A stretch of 55,882 bases of DNA from a virus. The position numbers were made by a program, and so were the translations under genes. This document shows, piece after piece, positions 22,976 to 30,344 of the stretch; the first letter of the stretch is position 1, and each line of letters opens with the position of its first letter. A model generated the notes under the pieces. It saw nothing but the letters and a program-made list of their open reading frames with translations. It ran no database searches and had not been told where the DNA came from. The stretch covers positions 1 to 55,882 of the IMG/VR virus record IMGVR_UViG_3300045988_066911; one strand, written 5' to 3'.

Positions 22976-23569
22976 ATGATTATAGGCTATGCGAGAGTGT
23001 CAACCAAGGAACAGAACCTTGCAAGACAGTTAGAAGCACTGAAAAATGCTGGATGTGAAAAGATTTACATGGATAAGTTATCCGGCAAGGACTTTGAAAG
23101 ACCTGATTATCAGAAGATGATTTCCAACTTAACAAGCGATGATGTTCTCATTATTCTGTCTATCGACCGGCTCGGTAGAAACTATGACGAGATTATGGAT
23201 GAATGGCGAAGAATCACTAAGACGATCAAAGCAGACATTAAGGTTCTCGATATGCCGCTACTTGACACGACTATCGGAAGAGCTGGCGACTTAACAGACA
23301 CATTTGTGGCAGATCTTGTTCTGCAGATCTTGTCATATGTCGCTAATCTCGAACGTGAGCATATAAGAGAGAGACAGGCAGAAGGGATTGCCATCGCGAA
23401 GAAAGAAGGCAAATACAAGGGCGGTACAAAGAAAACTGTAGATAGTGAATTGCTTGATAGCAATTTGATTCTTTACCGGTCCGGTAAGATCACCAAGTCT
23501 GCATTTGCGAAGAATATCGGTGTATCACGACCGACTTTAGACAGGATTTTGTCAGAATACGCTGCATAA
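22976..23569 (+). CDS. small serine recombinase (resolvase/invertase family)
   Basis: MIIGYARVSTKEQNLARQ...DRLGRN catalytic domain plus a C-terminal HTH; 197 aa. ATG 22976 is preferred over track start 22883. Confidence 0.85.
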   Translation: MIIGYARVSTKEQNLARQLEALKNAGCEKIYMDKLSGKDFERPDYQKMISNLTSDDVLIILSIDRLGRNYDEIMDEWRRITKTIKADIKVLDMPLLDTTIGRAGDLTDTFVADLVLQILSYVANLEREHIRERQAEGIAIAKKEGKYKGGTKKTVDSELLDSNLILYRSGKITKSAFAKNIGVSRPTLDRILSEYAA

Positions 23570-23578
23570 GCGTTTTTA

Positions 23579-23650
23579 TGCTCTATCGCCAAAAGGTAAG
23601 GCACAGGACTTTGACTCCTGCATTTGTTGGTTCGAATCCAACTAGGGCAG
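23579..23650 (+). tRNA. tRNA-Gln (anticodon UUG)
   Basis: Hand-folded cloverleaf. Acceptor TGCTCTA/TAGGGCA (one G-U pair, U1-A72); D arm GCC/GGC; anticodon stem CAGGA/TCCTG with loop CTTTGAC; T arm GTTGG-TTCGAAT-CCAAC. No encoded CCA. Confidence 0.8.
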
Positions 23651-23840
23651 TTTGGATTCTTAATGTTTTTCATTTTGGAATTCTCCTTTCGTAACCCACT
23701 AGCGGAAAGCTGATTAAAGAGCCGTCACAAGGCTCGGTGGGTTTTGCCGGTTGAATACCGGCACGTATAAACCCCTTTTATCCCATGGGGAACACACATT
23801 TCTCCTTTGCGCATTTCCCATCCCCAAGAGGATGCGCACA

Positions 23841-23924
23841 CGAAGCATAGATCAATGGCAGATCATACGGTTTTACACACCCCACGTTTTCCCGTAAATT
23901 CCGGTTCGATTCCGGGTGCTTCGT
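23841..23924 (+). tRNA. tRNA-like cloverleaf with a 21-nt anticodon loop (non-canonical; function unknown)
   Basis: Perfect 7-bp acceptor CGAAGCA/TGCTTCG; D arm GATC-AATGGCA-GATC; T arm TCCGG-TTCGATT-CCGGG. The 5-bp anticodon stem TACGG/CCGTA encloses TTTTACACACCCCACGTTTTC. Confidence 0.5.
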
Positions 23925-24117
23925 ATCTCACAACCTGCATACCCACGAATACGTTTTGACGCAACAAACTATTTTCTTATCGGGTCGTGAGTGTAATATC
24001 TTGTCTGATTCTATGTCACTGATTCGCGGTGCGTGACTAACGAACAGTCTTGGATTTTGCGCGGTGTTCACGCGTGCGCCACACAATTTCGACTAACCCG
24101 CGGCGAAAAAAGTCGCT

Positions 24118-24190
24118 TCGACATGTAGTGTAATTGGCTAGCATAATTCGCATATTGCGATATAGGTGGAGTTCGAGTCTTCCGTGTCGA
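24118..24190 (+). tRNA. tRNA-like element of normal length (73 nt) with an aberrant anticodon arm
   Basis: Acceptor TCGACAT/GTGTCGA (7 bp, one G-U); T arm GGAG-TTCGAGT-CTTC. The anticodon region folds as TCGCA-TAT-TGCGA (triloop). As a 7-nt loop it reads CATATTG, with A at position 33. Confidence 0.4.
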
Positions 24191-24191
24191 T

Positions 24192-24214
24192 TCCCTTGAA
24201 AAGGGACATTTTTT
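24192..24214 (+). terminator. intrinsic terminator directly after the tRNA-like element
   Basis: TCCCTT-GAA-AAGGGA followed by CATTTTTTG. Confidence 0.6.
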
Positions 24215-24283
24215 GTTCTCCCAATGTCGTGGAATCAAACCATGCACATTTTCGGATGTGCATACCGTTACAGGCGGTATTTT

Positions 24284-24368
24284 GCCGATATGGGATAATG
24301 GTATTCCAATAGCTTGCTAAGCTATCCAACATATAAATGTTGTTCGTGTTCGATTCACGATGTCGGCG
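24284..24368 (+). tRNA. tRNA-Ser (anticodon GCU), class II
   Basis: Acceptor GCCGATA/TGTCGGC with G73; U8 G9; D arm GGA..TCC; anticodon stem ATAGC/GCTAT with loop TTGCTAA; long variable arm CAACAT-ATAA-ATGTTG; T arm TCGTG-TTCGATT-CACGA. Confidence 0.85.
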
Positions 24369-24442
24369 TTTTTACATGTAAACCAAAAAGGGAAATAAGT
24401 TGTTGGTTATCTTTGTTTCTCTAAAACCATCTACATGTGAGT

Positions 24443-24644
24443 TGATGCGTGGCGGAATAGGTAAACGCTAATCAATGGTTAAGAAAAAGGTGTGCTATAA
24501 GAATTGCTATTAACAAGTCTGGTAAAAAGCTGTAAGCAATTACACCAATAAATCCGTTAGAAAATAAAAATCCATTTTTCCCTATTCGTAGGTGCAGACT
24601 AACTAACGGAATTTCATGTGTGGTGCAAATCCACACCGCATCAA
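24443..24644 (+). ncRNA. 202-nt tRNA-scaffold RNA: acceptor, D arm and T arm retained, anticodon arm replaced by two long hairpins
   Basis: Acceptor TGATGCG/CGCATCA (7 bp); D arm GCG(G)-AATAGGTAA-(A)CGC; T arm GTGTGG-TGCAAAT-CCACAC. Internal hairpins are GGTGT..AATTGC/GCAATT-ACACC (24489-24546) and AATCCGTTAG/CTAACGG-A-ATT (24551-24613). Confidence 0.4.
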
Positions 24645-24757
24645 GCGGTCGGGTAGTCCCGAATAAGCAGGCGTTATAGTAATCCCTGCTGAAATAAAAA
24701 AATTCCGATGCATGGCATACCAAACCGGTTACAATGCCTGCATCGGAAACCGCACAT

Positions 24758-24841
24758 TGTAGCATATCTCAATGGCAGAGTGGCGAGCGCTCGGAAAACA
24801 ACGATGAAAGCCGGATGGTGGTTCGAATCCACCTGCTACAC
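24758..24841 (+). tRNA. tRNA-like cloverleaf lacking a canonical anticodon arm
   Basis: Perfect acceptor TGTAGCA/TGCTACA; D arm CTC-AATGGCA-GAG; canonical T arm GGTGG-TTCGAAT-CCACC. I tested every register in the 36 nt between the D and T arms and found no 5-bp stem with a 7-nt loop. Confidence 0.45.
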
Positions 24842-24941
24842 TTTACAGCAAACTAGCTTGACGAAGCGAAAAGCACTTCCGCTGTGCCTGTTTGCTGGAT
24901 TTATTGTTTCAGCGGAATAATATCAAGCGGAGGTATTGATT

Positions 24942-25715
24942 ATGGATATAGAGTTTATAAAATCAATAATTTTCCCTAACAATGGGAAAGATAAAAGGTT
25001 GATAATGCGAGGAGATTGTATTGATTCAGAATTATTGGATTTATTAGCAAAGGCAAAAACAAACGACATGTTGAATGCATTTTACAAATATGATAAAAAT
25101 CCAAAAAAGGAAGAATCGTTTTATATAGTCAAGCTGCATTGCAAAAAATGTGGATGCGAATACAGCGAGAATGCCTCAAAAACAAGAGTTGTTGAAATTG
25201 TAAGATCTGTAAGAGACGGATCTGTTAATAAAAACATTTCTTTTTGCGAAAAATGCAAAGATGAAATAAAGCGTAAGGAAAAAGAAGAACGCGACAGATA
25301 TACAGAAGATTGTAAAGCTCAATATAGATCAGAAACAATGAAATATATAAATTATTACGTAAACCCAAACAGAGAGTTTCTAAAAGGGCTTAAAGCTAAT
25401 CAAAAGATATCAATCATAATGAAAAATGGATTTTGGGATAAATATTGGCTCGACGATAATATGGTTGAGAAAAGCGTAAAAGAATTGAAATATAGCGACT
25501 TTCTGGAAACTCCTTATTGGGAAGGAGTAAGGAATTACAAATTAAAAAATTCCAATTATTCATGTGAGTTATGTTCTAAAAAAGGAATAATTCTTCAAGT
25601 ACACCATAAAAAATACGATCGACACGGGGAAGAACACATAAGAAGTGTTGCAGATAAAGATTTAATAGTTCTTTGTTCCGATTGCCACAAGAAGTTTCAC
25701 GATATTGTTATGTGA
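24942..25715 (+). CDS. HNH endonuclease
   Basis: C-terminal CELCSKKG..LQVHHKKY...LIVLCSDCHKKFH HNH motif; GGAGGT RBS 7 nt upstream of ATG 24942. Confidence 0.8.
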   Translation: MDIEFIKSIIFPNNGKDKRLIMRGDCIDSELLDLLAKAKTNDMLNAFYKYDKNPKKEESFYIVKLHCKKCGCEYSENASKTRVVEIVRSVRDGSVNKNISFCEKCKDEIKRKEKEERDRYTEDCKAQYRSETMKYINYYVNPNREFLKGLKANQKISIIMKNGFWDKYWLDDNMVEKSVKELKYSDFLETPYWEGVRNYKLKNSNYSCELCSKKGIILQVHHKKYDRHGEEHIRSVADKDLIVLCSDCHKKFHDIVM

Positions 25716-25731
25716 ATGGAGGTGTATTTGT

Positions 25732-26580
25732 ATGTCAGTAATAAGAGTACATAAAAGTAAGAATTTTACAGTAATGAGCAATGTGCATCTTAGAGACAAA
25801 AACCTTAGTTTGAAATCAAAAGGTTTATTGTCTATGATGCTTTCTTTACCGGATGATTGGGAATATTCGATTGCTGGTTTATGCAAGATATGTAAAGAAA
25901 ACGAAACTGCAATAAAATCTTCGATCAATGAATTAAAAGATTTTGGATATATTATTGTCAAAAAAGAAAACCCAACAAAAATGAATGGAGGTAGAATAAA
26001 ATATAATTATGAAGTATATGAGACTCCTCGATATAACGAAATACAGAATGGTAAAAAACAACCCACAGAAAATCTACCTACTGAATTTCTAGGGATAGAT
26101 AATCAAGTACAAATAAATACTAATGAATTAAATACTAAAAAACAAAATACTGATACATCTTATGCTTTTCCTAAAGGAAAAGGTAGTTCATGCTTTTCTC
26201 CCGAAAAGGCGGTCGGGCAAAGCAATGTTAAATATCGAATTGATGATGTTCCGAACCTTGTTAGTCGATATGCAGAACCGAATACGCCAGGAAGCCGAAT
26301 AATCGAACTTAGAAACATTATTCAATATTTTATCAGCAGATACGAAGAAGAATCGGATATAAGGCATATAGACGTATCAGACAGTGCAATTAAGAGTATC
26401 GTCGATGCGTATTTTTATCCGACCGGCAAAGTAGTTGATTGTGAAGCAGAAGATTATATGTGGATGATTGATGATTACTTTGCAACCGATTACAAGATGA
26501 ATGGCAGGCGCGTATCTAAGAGCTTGCAGCATTTCTTTTCCGGGAAGATCAGAGAAAACATTTACATGAAACGAATATAG
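25732..26580 (+). CDS. winged-helix DNA-binding protein (replication-initiator / DnaD-N-like N-terminus)
   Basis: FTVMSNVHLRDKNLSLKSKGLLSMMLSLPDDWEYSIAGL...INELKDFGYI pattern; GGAGGTG RBS. Confidence 0.5.
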   Translation: MSVIRVHKSKNFTVMSNVHLRDKNLSLKSKGLLSMMLSLPDDWEYSIAGLCKICKENETAIKSSINELKDFGYIIVKKENPTKMNGGRIKYNYEVYETPRYNEIQNGKKQPTENLPTEFLGIDNQVQINTNELNTKKQNTDTSYAFPKGKGSSCFSPEKAVGQSNVKYRIDDVPNLVSRYAEPNTPGSRIIELRNIIQYFISRYEEESDIRHIDVSDSAIKSIVDAYFYPTGKVVDCEAEDYMWMIDDYFATDYKMNGRRVSKSLQHFFSGKIRENIYMKRI

Positions 26581-26591
26581 GAGTGAGAGAT

Positions 26592-26808
26592 ATGTGTGAG
26601 TTTTGCTCGTATAAGAACAATCCATTTATAATTTACGGAAAAGAAATCAAAATAAATGTGCCAAAGAAACAGACTTGACGGAAGCACAGGTTATGAGAAA
26701 CAGGGATGATGAGGTTCCAGGGATTGTGATTTATAAAGGGTGTAGCGCAACCGGATATTTTGATATCAATTATTGCCCTATGTGCGGTAGAAAGCTGGTG
26801 GAAGAGTG
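26592..26808 (+). pseudogene. small zinc-ribbon gene split by a -1 frame change
   Basis: Frame 0: MCEFCSYKNNPFIIYGKEIKINVPKKQT, stop at 26676. Frame -1 is open from 26615 and reads ...LTEAQVMRNRDDEVPGIVIYKGCSATGYFDINYCPMCGRKLVEE, stop at 26806-08. Confidence 0.45.
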
Positions 26809-27021
26809 AAATTTACAGGACAAGAACGTGGCGTTTCATATGAAACTACTTTTGAAGGAATGGAAGTTGAGGTAACAGTCCGCAAAATTAGCACAGGAGA
26901 AACAGAATCAGTTAAATACCATTGTTTATATCACCCTGTTTTCGGATATGACAAAGATGATATACAAAATGTCGAGAAAATAACCAATGAATTGATTGAT
27001 AAATATGGGGTGGGAGAATGA
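26806..27021 (+). CDS. hypothetical protein
   Basis: GTG start after GGTGGAAG; 71 aa. Confidence 0.45.
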   Translation: MKFTGQERGVSYETTFEGMEVEVTVRKISTGETESVKYHCLYHPVFGYDKDDIQNVEKITNELIDKYGVGE

Positions 27022-27482
27022 AAGCACTAATTAAATTCATCAAGAATCTAAAATCGTTTTATAGATTCTACAAAGATTATGAGTATAACGGTGCTGAATG
27101 CGAGTTTATTATCGAAAACTATCAAAAAGTATTATGCAGCAGAACAAAAACAATGAGCAAACCGACATATTATGCAGATGCTATTATTCATTATATTGAC
27201 GAATGGTACGAAGATTCTTGGAAATCCACGTACAAATGCGACCCGATTGAGGTAGAAAAACCAAAAATCATGATAACATCTGATGGAAAATTTGCAGAGG
27301 TTTACATTGATGGTAAAAAGGTAAGATGCACCGATATGGAATTGCATTTTATCGGTCATTCAAACCAAAGCCCAATGATTAAAGTTAATGCACGTTGGCA
27401 TAAAACAGACGAAAACGGAAAAACAATTCTGAATGAGAATAAAAATGCCATATTGACAGAGGGAATAAAGATAAATTGCTGA
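27018..27482 (+). CDS. hypothetical protein
   Basis: ATGA overlap; GGGAG RBS; 154 aa. Confidence 0.55.
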   Translation: MKALIKFIKNLKSFYRFYKDYEYNGAECEFIIENYQKVLCSRTKTMSKPTYYADAIIHYIDEWYEDSWKSTYKCDPIEVEKPKIMITSDGKFAEVYIDGKKVRCTDMELHFIGHSNQSPMIKVNARWHKTDENGKTILNENKNAILTEGIKINC

Positions 27483-27505
27483 TTATCAGCGGAAAGGAAT
27501 ATATT

Positions 27506-27892
27506 ATGAAAAAATTATTTGTAAGCGTACCAATGAAAGGCAGAACAGAGGAAGAAATCAAAGCAAGCATTCAGAAGATGAAGAAAATTGCAGAAATTTA
27601 CGAGGGTGAGGAATTAGAACTTATCGACAGCTACATTGAGGACAATCCACCTAAAGACAGCAAAGAAGCTGTATGGTATTTAGGCGAGAGCCTTAAAAAA
27701 CTGGCACAGGCTGATGTATTTATTGGAATACGTGAGAGTTTCGATTGGAACGGCTGTCAGATCGAAAGAGAAACAGCAGAAAAATATGGCATTAAAGCAT
27801 ACGCAATTCCGGTAAGATATGTGATTGATGATTATAATGCGCTTCTGAATAAATTACATCCGTCTTGCAATGAAGCAATGCCAACATTCTAA
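27506..27892 (+). CDS. nucleoside 2-deoxyribosyltransferase-like (DUF4406-like) protein
   Basis: MKKLFVSVPMKGRTEEE...ADVFIGI...W..GCQIERE.A pattern resembles the DUF4406/NDT-like fold; by eye only. Confidence 0.35.
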   Translation: MKKLFVSVPMKGRTEEEIKASIQKMKKIAEIYEGEELELIDSYIEDNPPKDSKEAVWYLGESLKKLAQADVFIGIRESFDWNGCQIERETAEKYGIKAYAIPVRYVIDDYNALLNKLHPSCNEAMPTF

Positions 27893-27997
27893 CAAAATTT
27901 TACCGGCTACAGATTGATTGTAGTCGCTACCCTAGAAAAATTATAGGCAGAGATTTCTATGGCATCTCTGCTTGAATGAGCGGAGGTGCTTTTCTTT

Positions 27998-29791
27998 ATG
28001 GCATCTAAAGAGTTAATCAACACAGTAAATCAATATGACAATTTTATAAAGACACATCTTGTCGATGAATCCGTAATATCTGCTTACGTGGAAGCCTGTA
28101 AGGTTGCTATAAATGGCGAAAAGGACATTGAGTATGGGTTACAACTTACGAAGATGTCTAAGGGCATTATAGAGCAATTCTGCATGAAACAAACAGGAGG
28201 AACTATATGGGATTTAGAGAAATATGCACAAGATCATAATACGCCATATGACCTGATAGACAAATATTATGAACTTCTAAAATTGGAAAGCTATTACAAT
28301 TTTGAGAGCTTTATGTATTACATGGAGCGTAAACGTAATTGGAGTAAGCGGTTTTATTATCCAAGAAGAAAGACTTTGAAGGTTGTTGTAAATGACCTTG
28401 AAGATTTGGAAAACAGAAAGATCAAATTTTACGGCTTGTCAATGCCATCCCGTGTAGGAAAATCAACAATATGTATATTCTTCCTTGCTTGGGTTGCAAT
28501 GCGTAGACCAAATAGCCACTCTGCAATGGGCGGACACTCTGGAATCCTTGCAAAAGGATTTTATAAGGAACTTATGAATTTGTTTTCGACAGAAGAATAT
28601 GCATTTGATGAATTATTTTTCTTTTGGAATCCAGAATATGCAAATAAATCTCTTGTAACAGACAAAAGTGCGGATGAGTTTACTATTACATTAGGAGATC
28701 CAGATAGATTTGCAACAGTTACTTGCCGAGGCATTGATGGAACATGGACAGGTGCGGTCGATGTATCAAAAGACGGATATTTGTACGTAGATGACCTGGT
28801 AAGAGATCGTGAACATTCTCTTAGCCCTACTCGAATGGAAAATACGTATCAAGAATATCTGAATAAGATGGTTGACCGTAAAAATGACGGAGCAAGGGAA
28901 TTGATGGTCGGTACATTATGGAATGTCCTTGATCCGTTGGAACGATTACGAAAATCTTATGACGGAAATCCAGAGTACAGATTTAGAAGAATACCGGCAC
29001 TTGATGAAAACGACGAAAGCAATTTTGACTATGAAATAAATGGTTTTTCTACGGCATATTACAGGGATATGAGGGAAAAACTCGATAAGGCAGAGTGGGA
29101 AGCTAAATTTATGCAGCGACCATTTGTACGTGAGGGATTGCTTTTCCCTACGGACGAATTAAGATATTTTAATGGAATATTGCCGGATGGAGATTTTCGC
29201 CGTATTGGAGTTGTGGATGTTGCATGGGGCGGCGGAGATAGTCTATCAATGCCGATTGGTGCAGAATACGATAACGGAGATGTATATATTTATGATTGGG
29301 TATTCAATAAAGGGGCAAAAGAAGTTACATTGCCTTTGGTGGTAGGAAGAATCATTGGGAACGGAATAAGGCAAACACGATTTGAGGGAAATACAGGTGG
29401 AGAATTATACTGCCAATATGTTGATGAAAGGTTGCAGGATCAGAAATATAAATGTTCGTGTACAAGCAGGAAAGCGCCGAATAAAGTCGAAAAGCTATCA
29501 AAAATTATAGCGTATTCCGGAGACATCAAAAGGAAATTTATTTTCCTTGAATCAAAAAAGGTTACACAAGATCAGTTACAGAAAGATGCAGAATTAGGCG
29601 TTGTTCGATACCGAAGAAACGACGAATATCAAGCGGCTATGGACGAATTGACTATGTTTGTATCAATTGGAGAGAACAAACATGATGATGCTGCCGATGG
29701 ACTTACACAGCTTGAAATGTTTATAGAAAATCCAAATAATCTTGCAACGGCAACAGCAACGGCAAATCCGTTTAGGACAGGAGGCTATTAA
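27998..29791 (+). CDS. terminase large subunit
   Basis: Walker A-like SMPSRVGKST, nuclease-domain acidic motifs, size and position upstream of the portal gene; GGAGGTG RBS before ATG 27998. Confidence 0.85.
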   Translation: MASKELINTVNQYDNFIKTHLVDESVISAYVEACKVAINGEKDIEYGLQLTKMSKGIIEQFCMKQTGGTIWDLEKYAQDHNTPYDLIDKYYELLKLESYYNFESFMYYMERKRNWSKRFYYPRRKTLKVVVNDLEDLENRKIKFYGLSMPSRVGKSTICIFFLAWVAMRRPNSHSAMGGHSGILAKGFYKELMNLFSTEEYAFDELFFFWNPEYANKSLVTDKSADEFTITLGDPDRFATVTCRGIDGTWTGAVDVSKDGYLYVDDLVRDREHSLSPTRMENTYQEYLNKMVDRKNDGARELMVGTLWNVLDPLERLRKSYDGNPEYRFRRIPALDENDESNFDYEINGFSTAYYRDMREKLDKAEWEAKFMQRPFVREGLLFPTDELRYFNGILPDGDFRRIGVVDVAWGGGDSLSMPIGAEYDNGDVYIYDWVFNKGAKEVTLPLVVGRIIGNGIRQTRFEGNTGGELYCQYVDERLQDQKYKCSCTSRKAPNKVEKLSKIIAYSGDIKRKFIFLESKKVTQDQLQKDAELGVVRYRRNDEYQAAMDELTMFVSIGENKHDDAADGLTQLEMFIENPNNLATATATANPFRTGGY

Positions 29792-30217
29792 ATGACAACA
29801 GCAAAATATTTATCGCAGATCAAAGAATTTGACATTAAGATTGACCGGAAGATTGCAGAAAAAAACAGGCTACGTGAAATTGCGACATCTACAGGTGGCA
29901 CCGGTGATGGCGAACGAGTACAGACTTCTATTAAGCGTGACAAGTTGGGAGATACCGTTGCAAAGATTATTGATACAGAGAAAGAAATCGACCATATGAT
30001 TGATGTTTACGTGTCTAAGAAGCAAGAAATTATTAAACAGATCGACCAAATGGAAGATATGGAACAGTATGAGATACTACATCTATACTTTGTGGACGGA
30101 TATAATATTAAAGAATGCGCAAAATTTAAAGATTGCAGTACACGAAAAGTTGATTTGCTCAAATCAAAAGCGATGAAAACATTTGAAAAAATGTTTGGAA
30201 AATTGTACTATGCGTAA
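29792..30217 (+). CDS. sigma-70 region-4-like HTH protein (DUF1492/ArpU-like)
   Basis: C-terminal YEILHLYFVDGYNIKECAKFKDCSTRKVDLLKSKAMKTFE resembles a region-4 HTH. Confidence 0.45.
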   Translation: MTTAKYLSQIKEFDIKIDRKIAEKNRLREIATSTGGTGDGERVQTSIKRDKLGDTVAKIIDTEKEIDHMIDVYVSKKQEIIKQIDQMEDMEQYEILHLYFVDGYNIKECAKFKDCSTRKVDLLKSKAMKTFEKMFGKLYYA

Positions 30218-30270
30218 GTTTGCGCGTATTTGCGTTATTTTGCGTATGTTTGCATATTGTTTCGCTATCT
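30211..30270. repeat. six tandem 10-bp units (TGCGnnnnTT), helically phased
   Basis: tgcgtaagtt|tgcgcgtatt|tgcgttattt|tgcgtatgtt|tgcatattgt|ttcgctatct, read directly. Confidence 0.8.
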
Positions 30271-30344
30271 AACATATAGTATAGTTAAACTGCAAATGTT
30301 GTCTAAAGACATTTCAATTTCTTTCACAGAAAAATCCTTGGAAA

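Noticed and set aside
23635-23658. Hairpin AATCCAA...TTGGATT overlapping the 3' end of tRNA-Gln, considered as a separate terminator or att core.
   Set aside because: Half of it is the tRNA T-loop and acceptor sequence. It has no independent support, and the following T-run is weak.
24472-24920. Track ORFs 24472..24765 (minus), 24708..24920 (plus), 24138..24332 (minus) and 23473..23673 (minus) inside the RNA locus.
   Set aside because: No RBS, and they cut across tRNA and tRNA-like structures and strong hairpins. The products look random.
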